IMG/VR virus record: IMGVR_UViG_3300024344_000001
Length of the DNA stretch: 64,000 nucleotides
Source of the DNA: a virus
Lineage: Duplodnaviria > Heunggongvirae > Uroviricota > Caudoviricetes
Direction: 5' to 3' (one strand)
A model generated the notes under the pieces. That model made no database searches and was not told the DNA's origin. It was given only the letters and a program-made list of their open reading frames with translations. Below, piece after piece: positions 46,321 through 53,784 of this stretch; position 1 is the first letter of the stretch; each line of letters starts with the position of its first letter. The position numbers and the translations under genes are program-made.

Positions 46321-46607
46321 TATAGTCAACCAGTACTCGGTCTTAGCTCATGGTAGGCTGAGACTACACCTATCAGCGATAATCTTTAGTTACCGTACCA
46401 TCCTGTTTGCATACGTCTGAAGGTTTATTCTTACGACACTCCATATCACAATACGCGGAGACCCCATGTTGTGTTAATGACCTTAGTTTTGACTTGGCAA
46501 GCAGCAGCGGTTACGCTATCCTCTATATAAACTCTACACTACTTATCGCGAAATATTCGTGTAAAGTCCGGTAACATGCACCAAAACCCTAGCTTCTAAG
46601 TTTAGGT

Positions 46608-46782
46608 CATAAAACCATTGATGAAGCTTCGGTACATCCTTTATGGGCGATATTGGTACATTTTGTACCGTCCCTAAGTCTGTTGGAGCATTCTCTATGA
46701 TGCCTTTCACAAACTCCATCAATTAAGGCTTCATTTTTACATGGTCCGATATATGGTTCATCATATCCACATTTCATGTTCA
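46608..46782 (-). CDS. 58-aa Cys-rich small protein (below ORF-track cutoff)
   Basis: MNMKCGYDEPYIGPCKNEALIDGVCERHHRECSNRLRDGTKCTNIAHKGCTEASSMVL read by eye. Confidence 0.3.
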
Positions 46783-46800
46783 TATCCTCACGCCATGTAA

Positions 46801-46890
46801 GTAGGAGTGCAGGGAATCGAACCCTGTTCTCGGATTTATCAGATCCTAAACCGCTTATAAAACGGCTGCCGCACCATTTGGCCTCACTCC
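46801..46890 (-). tRNA. tRNA, type-II length; anticodon loop reads UAU (or Ile GAU if the first hairpin is the anticodon arm)
   Basis: Acceptor aggagtg/cactccc; T-arm caggg-aatcgaa-ccctg; hairpin ggat-ttatcag-atcc; second stem accgc/acggc with loop ttataaa. Confidence 0.4.
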
Positions 46891-46904
46891 CGTCTCATGT
46901 ATTG

Positions 46905-46932
46905 TATTATACTCGATCACGGCGTTTTGTCA
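46905..46932 (-). promoter_or_regulatory. sigma70 consensus promoter (TTGACA-N16-TGTATAAT), first of a tandem pair
   Basis: rc: cttgacaaaacgccgtgatcgagtataatac. Confidence 0.65.
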
Positions 46933-46996
46933 AGCGATTCTTCCGAAGATTCCAAAAAAAATCCGCCGATCCGCTTTTCTCGTCTCCACGTCATGT

Positions 46997-47024
46997 ATTA
47001 TACACGAAGTGGCCCGTTTGTCAA
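46997..47024 (-). promoter_or_regulatory. sigma70 consensus promoter (TTGACA-N16-TGTGTATAAT), second of the tandem pair
   Basis: rc: cttgacaaacgggccacttcgtgtataatac. Confidence 0.7.
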
Positions 47025-47063
47025 GCGATTTTCGGCGGCTTTTTCAGAATTTTTCTGGAATTG

Positions 47064-47546
47064 CTATTGAGGCGGAATCACTTTGGTTTCTACCTTATAG
47101 TCAAATTCTCGAAGTTCAATCTGTGGAGCCGCTGGTTCTGGTGCTGCGGGGGCAGGTTGCATAGCTTGCAATACACCCCATAAGATGCCACCACCCACGG
47201 CCATCGCCCCTACTGTCTGTAGAAGTCCACCACCATTCTTGATCTCTGTTCTCGTTATATCATCAGCAATTATCATGCCGTCTGAGTCCTCTATATCAGA
47301 GGTTGGACCTTCTTTTTTCACGCCAAACACCTTTTCATCTTGGTAACGCTGGTTAGTTTTCCTTTCATGGTCCAGCAGTTTATACATATCATCAGTAAAA
47401 GCAGCTTCGTATCCAGTATGAAGCTTGCTACTCTTATCCAATCTCTGTTTTGCGGCCTCACCAACAGGTGTTTCCGAGTCCTTCCTCAATTGTCTTCGAA
47501 CAAATTTGGGTAACAGGTTTCTCATGTTTCTCTTTTTTAGTTTCAT
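47064..47546 (-). CDS. hypothetical protein with C-terminal hydrophobic/Ala-Pro-rich segment
   Basis: LLQTVGAMAVGGGILWGVLQAM TM-like segment; PAPAAPEPAAP. Confidence 0.4.
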   Translation of the reverse strand: MKLKKRNMRNLLPKFVRRQLRKDSETPVGEAAKQRLDKSSKLHTGYEAAFTDDMYKLLDHERKTNQRYQDEKVFGVKKEGPTSDIEDSDGMIIADDITRTEIKNGGGLLQTVGAMAVGGGILWGVLQAMQPAPAAPEPAAPQIELREFDYKVETKVIPPQ

Positions 47547-47845
47547 TCTTGAGCCACCTCATCATCCTTTGGGCATTCCTTGTCCGGGTGTATGGAGTCA
47601 TATCCGTATTTAAGAAATTCCGCTTGACGTTGTTCCAGTAGAGAACGGTAGTCGTTGTTGTCTTCTGGTACAGACCTAACAACCATGTTCATATTCTCAA
47701 CTTCCAGCCTTACTTCATCATACTCTACTACCTGACCATCTTTGATTAGAGAGATACTCCCCACTTCCATCTTGTTCTGGCCACCAACAGCTAAGAGGAT
47801 TTCTACATGTTCCTCTTTACTAAGTGTAATTGTTTGTCTTGGCAT
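47543..47845 (-). CDS. hypothetical protein
   Basis: ORF overlapping neighbours by 4 nt (operon). Confidence 0.4.
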   Translation of the reverse strand: MPRQTITLSKEEHVEILLAVGGQNKMEVGSISLIKDGQVVEYDEVRLEVENMNMVVRSVPEDNNDYRSLLEQRQAEFLKYGYDSIHPDKECPKDDEVAQE

Positions 47846-47865
47846 ACTTTCCTATCCTCGTATAT

Positions 47866-47895
47866 GAAAAAAGGGGGCGGCGTAAGCCACCCCCC
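47866..47895 (-). terminator. Rho-independent terminator
   Basis: gggggcgg-cgtaag-ccaccccc hairpin followed by a U-run on the minus strand. Confidence 0.55.
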
Positions 47896-47924
47896 TAAAC
47901 TGGTAAATATTACTTTACCGTTTC

Positions 47925-48137
47925 TTAGGTAGGTGTTCCACCCTGGCCTGCGGCCTGCTGTGAACGTGTCTGCCCACCACCGGATTCACCGATAATGCGA
48001 TGAGTAAGACCTTCACGGTATCCAACCTTACCTTCTAGCATACCTAGTCTACCCTGTTCCATTGCGAATGCATGACCCTGAGTAGAAGTAACGATAACAT
48101 GTTCCATTGCCTCTGCGGCTCTTTCACTTGCTGCCAT
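47925..48137 (-). CDS. small Gly/Gln-rich protein
   Basis: ORF with RBS; C-terminus GESGGGQTRSQQAAGQGG. Confidence 0.4.
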   Translation of the reverse strand: MAASERAAEAMEHVIVTSTQGHAFAMEQGRLGMLEGKVGYREGLTHRIIGESGGGQTRSQQAAGQGGTPT

Positions 48138-48155
48138 TTTAATTCTCCTGTTTAA

Positions 48156-49478
48156 TTATTTGGAGGTACGTACCACCTCATATCTCTCAAGTTCTACAAC
48201 CACTGTAGACCCGGATACAAGGTCATTATATGAATCATCAGGCGTAGATTCATTCTTTCTTTGAATAATAACATTGACTGTGCCTGGTGGACCTACTGGT
48301 CCTACGCCGCCTGTGGCACCATCTACACCGTCTTCGCCATGTTCTCCGTCCTCTCCCTTAAGTTGAGTACCGAAGTTTTTGACGATAGTTGCTGCTAGCT
48401 TATCAATATCGATTGATAGCTGACCTGAATTCCCATCTTCACATTTACATCCAGAATCGCCGTCACACTTACAGTCGGCATCATTACCATGAAGACCATC
48501 TAAACCGTCTTCTCCATCGACGCCATCTTTACCATCTTCACCTTTGAATTCATCAGCGTTCTCAGTAAAGTATCTTCTTACTTCTGCCTGTACGGCCTGT
48601 TCGACTTCTGACCTAACAATATTCTGGACAACTGTGTCATTCTTAAGAATGTTCCTAATAATGACTGTCACCTGATCTTTATCTACATCAGGAGTAGGTT
48701 GAGGTTTAGGTCTTCTCTCAGGTCTAGGAACAGGATCTGGTCCACGCTCTCTGTATCTTTCGATATTAGGTGGTCTAAATAGACCCGGTGGAGTATAGCG
48801 TTCATATTCCCTGTATTGACCTGGTGGAATGTTTCTTTGTGGTAATTGTTGTGGGCAAGATCCGCCAGGACAGATCTGAGTATACGTTTGACAGTATTGA
48901 CTATTACGACCATACACTCTTCTTAGAAGCTGGCAACAATCTGCTGTTGACACAAATCTAGTATTGTTGCTATCATCATAAGCGTAAATGATACCAGCTA
49001 CGTAATTCTTCTTTTCGCCCTCAACAACAATAGCTCCACCACTATCGCCCTGAATGACGTGTTGTTTGTTTTTTGCTACGACAACGTCTTCGTAAAACAC
49101 AGCATCAAAACAGAAGTTACGGCGATCTGAATAACCACAGACTTCTACAGGTACCCTATTTGGTACATCTTCTACAAGTCTTGTAGTTTTCCAATTACCC
49201 TTCTTAACTTCAAAAGAGATAAGATCTGACTTATCACTACGTTCTACATTTATTGCTCTATGCCAATCATTGCCATCATGAATGTATAAAGCAGATGTAT
49301 TCTCTATAACATGCTTATTGGATAAGAAGACATAAGAGTCATTTTGAAGAGTTCCAACACATGTGCCGCTTGCCTTATTTCTGAACCCGTCCCCAATAGC
49401 CTGAACGGGGTATGTCTCCGCTATAGCTACTGACGGTACCAGAGCGAGCAAGAGCAATGCTAGTAATTGTCTAAACAT
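48156..49478 (-). CDS. secreted trypsin-like serine protease with C-terminal collagen-like (G-x-y) repeats
   Basis: Signal peptide MFRQLLALLLLALVPSVAIA; active-site GDSGG; SNKHV His region; PRPERRPKPQP linker; GEDGKDGVDGEDGLDGLHG...GEDGEHGEDGVDGATGGVGPVGPPG. Start placed at 49478 because the upstream ATG at 49598 lies inside the promoter. Confidence 0.6.
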   Translation of the reverse strand: MFRQLLALLLLALVPSVAIAETYPVQAIGDGFRNKASGTCVGTLQNDSYVFLSNKHVIENTSALYIHDGNDWHRAINVERSDKSDLISFEVKKGNWKTTRLVEDVPNRVPVEVCGYSDRRNFCFDAVFYEDVVVAKNKQHVIQGDSGGAIVVEGEKKNYVAGIIYAYDDSNNTRFVSTADCCQLLRRVYGRNSQYCQTYTQICPGGSCPQQLPQRNIPPGQYREYERYTPPGLFRPPNIERYRERGPDPVPRPERRPKPQPTPDVDKDQVTVIIRNILKNDTVVQNIVRSEVEQAVQAEVRRYFTENADEFKGEDGKDGVDGEDGLDGLHGNDADCKCDGDSGCKCEDGNSGQLSIDIDKLAATIVKNFGTQLKGEDGEHGEDGVDGATGGVGPVGPPGTVNVIIQRKNESTPDDSYNDLVSGSTVVVELERYEVVRTSK

Positions 49479-49602
49479 ATTTTCTGGATATCCGATAGAA
49501 GTTAACCCTAAAAAGGAATCGTGCCTCCTAGCCGACGCCAGTAACATACTAGCAACGCATAAAAAAGCCCGCTTTTCGTGCATTTCTAGCGTTTCCACTA
49601 GT

Positions 49603-49635
49603 ATTATACACTAAAACGGGCGTGAGATCAGAAAA
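49603..49635 (-). promoter_or_regulatory. promoter-like TGTGTATAAT upstream of the protease operon
   Basis: rc tagtgtataatac. Confidence 0.4.
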
Positions 49636-49679
49636 AAAACGAATTTTTTGAGCGGAAGGAAGGTATATTTACCGAAAAT

Positions 49680-49708
49680 GTATTTTTGTTGAAATTATTG
49701 TGTATAAT
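49680..49708 (+). promoter_or_regulatory. plus-strand promoter-like element (TGTGTATAAT)
   Basis: attgtgtataatat at 49698-49710. Confidence 0.35.
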
Positions 49709-49716
49709 ATACCAAG

Positions 49717-49799
49717 CGGAAGGTGGAGTAATCGAAACTCTGACGTGTTAACGCCCCCCGAATATTCCAAATTCGTTTGCCACCTTGGCGGCACCTTCC
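49717..49799 (-). tRNA. tRNA-Ser (GGA), type II
   Basis: Acceptor ggaaggt/accttcc perfect; T-arm ggagt-aatcgaa-actct; anticodon stem cgaat/attcg, loop codon TCC. Confidence 0.55.
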
Positions 49800-49824
49800 A
49801 GACTATAACCAATAGGAGACCTCA

Positions 49825-50430
49825 ATGAAAGTAAAATGTTTACACTGCGAAACTATCTTTTCTAAAAAACCTTATGAAATAAAGCGGAGTCCAAATCACT
49901 ATTGTTCAAGAAAGTGTTGGAATTCATATGAGTCTTGTCACAAGACAAATAAAATTATTGTTATATGTGCAGAATGTGGGGCTACGACTAAAAGAAGACC
50001 GAAATCAGTACAGGATGCTGATAACAACTTCTGTTCCAGATCATGTTCCGTATCTTACAACAATAAAAACAAATCTAAAGGAACGAAGCGGTCCAAACTA
50101 GAGTATTGGATAGAAAACCAGCTTACATCAAGATATCCAACTATAGATATTCACTTCAATCAGAAGGATGCTATTGATTCGGAACTTGATATATATGTAC
50201 CTTCATTAAAACTCGCATTTGAACTCAACGGTATCTTTCATTATGAGCCAATCTTCGGCAAAGATAAACTATCTCAGATTCAAAATAATGATAACCGTAA
50301 ATTTCAAGCCTGCTTAGATCAGGAAATTGAGTTGTGTATCATTGATACCTCACAACAAAAATACTTCAAACCTAAATCTTCACAAAGGTTTTTAGATATT
50401 ATTTGCAATATCATCGATACAAAACTTTAA
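49825..50430 (+). CDS. zinc-ribbon + DUF559/Vsr-like endonuclease (free-standing homing endonuclease candidate)
   Basis: CLHCET..CSRKC; CAECG; C-terminal ELDIYVPSLKLAFELNGIFHYE resembles 9976-10380. Confidence 0.5.
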   Translation: MKVKCLHCETIFSKKPYEIKRSPNHYCSRKCWNSYESCHKTNKIIVICAECGATTKRRPKSVQDADNNFCSRSCSVSYNNKNKSKGTKRSKLEYWIENQLTSRYPTIDIHFNQKDAIDSELDIYVPSLKLAFELNGIFHYEPIFGKDKLSQIQNNDNRKFQACLDQEIELCIIDTSQQKYFKPKSSQRFLDIICNIIDTKL

Positions 50431-50501
50431 TACCCCGAGAAGGAATCGAACCTTCTTTTTCCGCTTATCAGACGGATGCCTTTCCATTAGACGACCGGGG
50501 T
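50431..50501 (-). tRNA. tRNA-Ile (GAU)
   Basis: T-arm gaagg-aatcgaa-ccttc perfect; anticodon stem tccgc/acgga, loop codon ATC. Confidence 0.6.
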
Positions 50502-50569
50502 GTATGGGAGTTAGTGATATACTGGCATGTAGCCCCTCTATCTACCTTTTAGCTCACTCCCAGAGCAAT

Positions 50570-50908
50570 TTATCTATCTAGTAGTTCTTTCACCTTAGCT
50601 TCAGCGGCATCCTTACGGATCTTAAAGGCGTCATACCAAGTGTCTTGTTCTCTCTTCAGGCAATCAATATTCTTGTATGCGTCCAGTAGAGGATCATCTG
50701 TGTTGAGATTACATTTATTGCAATACCAACCATCATTACTTCCGACCACATGTACTCCATGTGAGTATCCTACACCAACGCCGCCGTTCTTTTCACAGTT
50801 CCAGCAAACATCTTTACCGCAACATAGACACTTATGATAACAGTTTTCCTCATTATCAGTACAGAAATCACAAACGTTTATTTCAATAGTGGATGTTTTA
50901 GTTGTCAT
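50570..50908 (-). CDS. Cys-rich (multi CxxC) protein
   Basis: CDFC..C..C.CCGKDVCWNCE...CNKCN. Confidence 0.4.
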   Translation of the reverse strand: MTTKTSTIEINVCDFCTDNEENCYHKCLCCGKDVCWNCEKNGGVGVGYSHGVHVVGSNDGWYCNKCNLNTDDPLLDAYKNIDCLKREQDTWYDAFKIRKDAAEAKVKELLDR

Positions 50909-50920
50909 TTTCCGCCCTCT

Positions 50921-51133
50921 CTAAATTAGGCTTGACCCACATTGTTCTGTAAAATGAAAATGACAGTAAGGCTTACCTTCTCCTGTACCAGTAGGTTGGC
51001 CCTTACATCCTTCGATAGAACACGTTTGTGTCTTTAACCAAATCGACCAATCGTCCATCTTCTTCTGAAATTCTTTGTATTCATCAGACTTTAGATATTC
51101 GCCGTATTCTTCTTCATATTCTTCGTTAGTCAT
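50921..51133 (-). CDS. small Cys-containing acidic protein
   Basis: ORF. Confidence 0.35.
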   Translation of the reverse strand: MTNEEYEEEYGEYLKSDEYKEFQKKMDDWSIWLKTQTCSIEGCKGQPTGTGEGKPYCHFHFTEQCGSSLI

Positions 51134-51150
51134 CTTTTCCTCACGTAAAG

Positions 51151-51221
51151 TAACCCATACGAGAATCGAACTCGTCTCTCCTGACTGAGAATCAGGTATC
51201 CTGCCAATAGAAGAATGGGCT
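51151..51221 (-). tRNA. tRNA-Glu (CUC)
   Basis: T-arm acgag-aatcgaa-ctcgt perfect; anticodon stem cctga/tcagg perfect, loop codon GAG. Confidence 0.6.
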
Positions 51222-51376
51222 ATGTTGGGGCCGTTAAGTCTGCTAAGGATATCCTAATCACAGACCTCAGTAGGATTTCAACAGGTCTCACCTACCTTAA
51301 CACGGGACAACCAGCCCGCCCTGTTATATCTTGAGTATGGATACTGTCTTGACTGCCGCCGCAAGTACCCGCATAC

Positions 51377-51604
51377 CTAGACTTTTTTCTTCCACGTTGG
51401 AAAACCTTTGTTTGAGTGAAGATCTGCCAGTCTATTAGTACCAAAACAGCCTTCACATACATCAAACTTTCGATCAATGGGAATAAGAGTGCCAGCAGGT
51501 ATTCTTAACGTAACCTTTACCCAATTATTAGCAATATACAACCCATTTTCAGGAGATATCTTGCCACATCCGTCACATCCGTCACATTGTTTAACATCAG
51601 CCAT
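51377..51604 (-). CDS. small Cys-rich protein
   Basis: CDGCDGCG...CEGC. Confidence 0.35.
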   Translation of the reverse strand: MADVKQCDGCDGCGKISPENGLYIANNWVKVTLRIPAGTLIPIDRKFDVCEGCFGTNRLADLHSNKGFPTWKKKV

Positions 51605-51613
51605 GTTTGTTTC

Positions 51614-52333
51614 CTAAGTATAACGCCTTGGCGTAAAACCACCCTGAGTACATCCTGGAATAGGAAGCATCAAGTCTCCACCTTGGTCACACTCGTCACC
51701 AAAGTAATTCTGTACTTCAACATACCAGTTTTTATCATTTGAAATTACCTTACTAGGCTCAATCAAAACATGACAACCACCGCGAGTCTCAAAGATAGTA
51801 GTAGCATAGCTACCCAGCAACCAATGCATAGACTTGCGAATGTTTACTAGCCTTTCCTCACGAGATATTTCCGCAGGAAAATCGATGTCAAAGTGTACGT
51901 GACATGTTCGACTCTTACACTTGTGGACTTGCCTATCCGCCCACCTGGCTGGGTTAAACCTATAGTTAGGATCGCCCCATCCCTTTTGCATGTGGTCAAC
52001 TAGATCCTTAACTGTAGCAGAAGTCGCCGCTTTAGTATCACGAGGATTAGTTGTGATATAGACGACGAGTCCCTCGTCGTTAACTACTTGACCCTTTTTA
52101 GTCTTATAGCATCCAATAGGACATTCTAGCTGATGTAGTTTCTCTAACATTCTTTCCTTATTAGTAGTAAAACGGCGAATCTCCACCGTGTCACTAGAAC
52201 TTAGCTCAGGCATATACTTCTTGCGGGCCTGTAGAACAATGTAGAACGTTTCATGATCTTCATTGATCTCTGGAAGCCACGCAATGAAGTTTTGAAGTTC
52301 CATTGAGTCACGAATTATTTTGTGGTGGCTCAT
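51614..52333 (-). CDS. archaeo-eukaryotic primase (AEP)/PrimPol-like protein, tentative
   Basis: Motif I CHVHFDIDF (hhDhD); motif II TRGGCHVLIE (sGxGxH); motif III GDLMLPIPGCT (D..h.hPGs). Confidence 0.4.
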   Translation of the reverse strand: MSHHKIIRDSMELQNFIAWLPEINEDHETFYIVLQARKKYMPELSSSDTVEIRRFTTNKERMLEKLHQLECPIGCYKTKKGQVVNDEGLVVYITTNPRDTKAATSATVKDLVDHMQKGWGDPNYRFNPARWADRQVHKCKSRTCHVHFDIDFPAEISREERLVNIRKSMHWLLGSYATTIFETRGGCHVLIEPSKVISNDKNWYVEVQNYFGDECDQGGDLMLPIPGCTQGGFTPRRYT

Positions 52334-52520
52334 AATCTTCTCCTACTGCGATGAATTCATCCATCGTACAGAGTTCCTCGTCCCTATTTCCATTTCTTGT
52401 ACCAGCAACTAAAACCTGTAAGGTAGGATTACCATTGATATCATAAACGGTACAGTGCTCGCTTAAAATAGATACTTCAGTCAATTTATCGAACCATGTT
52501 CCATCAGAAATAAATTTCAC
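52308..52520 (-). CDS. hypothetical protein
   Basis: ORF. Confidence 0.3.
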   Translation of the reverse strand: MKFISDGTWFDKLTEVSILSEHCTVYDINGNPTLQVLVAGTRNGNRDEELCTMDEFIAVGEDYEPPQNNS

Positions 52521-52711
52521 GTTACGTTATCCCGATCTTTGATCGTAAGTACCCACCAAGGGAGTTGCACCCCGTGACTCTCCCCTCCTGTTTAACGTCG
52601 CTCGGTTAGAAGCCGAGTGGAGGAATGGCGGGCAAGTTTATTTAGCACGTCTATAATCCAAATGATAGTGTAGCTTACTATGACAGTTATGGCACAGTAC
52701 GTTACACTTCT

Positions 52712-52909
52712 TCATTTCCTATCGACGTATTCCTGATATTCACCGTGGACATACATTCCAGCTAAAGTTTTATTTTCTCTAGCCGCCCATTCTTCAGTAA
52801 GGTCTACTATAATATCTGAAAAAGTGTCTCCATAAAATGGGTGACCAGCAAACCACGCCAAACAGTCAGCGGCCTTTTCCGTTATCTCAATAGTTACCTT
52901 ATCCATCAC
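52712..52909 (-). CDS. hypothetical protein
   Basis: ORF. Confidence 0.35.
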   Translation of the reverse strand: MMDKVTIEITEKAADCLAWFAGHPFYGDTFSDIIVDLTEEWAARENKTLAGMYVHGEYQEYVDRK

Positions 52910-52927
52910 TTTTCTTCCTTAAAAGTA

Positions 52928-52997
52928 GCCCGTGAGGGAATCGAACCCAATCCCAGCCGAGTTTCGTAGACTCAGTGCCCCAATCCAGAGGACAGGC
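52928..52997 (-). tRNA. tRNA-like, unresolved
   Basis: gaggg-aatcgaa-ccc; acceptor agcccgt/acaggcc with wobbles; no clean anticodon arm. Confidence 0.3.
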
Positions 52998-53035
52998 CAA
53001 GTTATTCCCAGCGATTAGGCCAGGTTTTTCTATAG

Positions 53036-53107
53036 TGACACCACGGGGAGTTGAACCCACGTCCTCCAGGTTGAAAGCCTAGTATTCTACCAGTAAAATA
53101 TGGTGCC
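53036..53107 (-). tRNA. tRNA-Glu (UUC)
   Basis: Acceptor gacacca/tggtgcc; anticodon stem ccagg/cctag, loop codon GAA. Confidence 0.55.
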
Positions 53108-53121
53108 ATGTTTTTTTTGAG

Positions 53122-53193
53122 AGGGACGGGTGAGACTCGAACTCACGCACTGTTGCTTAACGGGCAACTGCTCTGCCGCTGAGCTACCGACCC
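53122..53193 (-). tRNA. tRNA-Asn (GUU)-like, with C at position 33 by eye
   Basis: T-arm gtgag-actcgaa-ctcac perfect; anticodon stem gttgc/gcaac, loop ttaacgg. Confidence 0.45.
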
Positions 53194-53492
53194 TAACATT
53201 CGTCATCTTCAACTAATCTAAAATCAGCAGTATGACGCATTGTTTCTATTTGTTGAGTCTCCATGTTAATCAAAACACAGTGACCCACTTGGGGACTATG
53301 CTCGCACAGGAATGTGAATAGCAACGGCCTATCCGTATTAGTCCTACCGTAGCCAAGAGGACCGTAATATGTAATACGATTCACTTCAGATAGATTATCC
53401 CAATACTCAAGATTGAAATTATCTGGCTCAAAAACTACAGTATCACCCATTTTGAATGGACAAGTCATGTCAATCTTCCTTAAAAGATACAA
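53193..53492 (-). CDS. hypothetical protein
   Basis: ORF. Confidence 0.4.
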   Translation of the reverse strand: MYLLRKIDMTCPFKMGDTVVFEPDNFNLEYWDNLSEVNRITYYGPLGYGRTNTDRPLLFTFLCEHSPQVGHCVLINMETQQIETMRHTADFRLVEDDEC

Positions 53493-53730
53493 CTACCTTT
53501 TTAACTTCGGGCGGTCCTGGAATCCAATCATGAATATCAGCACCTTGACAGCCTTCACCGTCACCAATAACAAACTCAACATTTTGTAATTCTTCACCGA
53601 AATGACCAAATCCATGTTGCTTTGCAACCGCATCAGCAATGATACTTGTGATTTCTGCCATATCATACTCAAGAGTTGTAATCGTTTCGCTTTTAGGCAT
53701 GATTTCTTCCTTTCGTGAGTTATTATACAC
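53470..53730 (-). CDS. hypothetical acidic protein
   Basis: ORF directly downstream of the promoter at 53722-53750. Confidence 0.4.
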   Translation of the reverse strand: MYNNSRKEEIMPKSETITTLEYDMAEITSIIADAVAKQHGFGHFGEELQNVEFVIGDGEGCQGADIHDWIPGPPEVKKVVVSFKED

Positions 53731-53750
53731 GATCTCCCCCGAAATGTCAA
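53722..53750 (-). promoter_or_regulatory. sigma70 consensus promoter (TTGACA-N17-TGTATAAT) with -35 inside a 10-bp inverted repeat
   Basis: tcccccgaaa-TGTCAAGTGT-tttcggggga at 53731-53760 (TTGACA of the minus-strand -35 sits in the hairpin loop); -10 attata at 53722-53727. Confidence 0.7.
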
Positions 53751-53784
53751 GTGTTTTCGGGGGATTTTTCGCGATTTTCTGAAA

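Noticed and set aside
45604-47183. Plus-strand ORFs 45604-45987 and 46776-47183
   Set aside because: They span several minus-strand tRNA genes and the tandem consensus promoters; they have no start context and are translations of tRNA and promoter DNA
47925-48137. Resemblance of the 70-aa Gly/Gln-rich protein to alpha/beta-type SASP or KGG-repeat stress proteins
   Set aside because: Only loose compositional similarity; no conserved SASP DNA-binding motif
52530-52615. Hairpin ctcgg-ttagaag-ccgag resembling an Arg(UCU) anticodon arm
   Set aside because: No flanking T-arm, D-arm or acceptor stem could be folded; left uncalled pending tRNAscan
28600-53200. Possibility that the repeated ggaatcgaacc units form a CRISPR-like or satellite repeat array
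   Set aside because: Each copy sits in a distinct tRNA cloverleaf context with different flanks; spacing is irregular and there is no repeat-spacer structure
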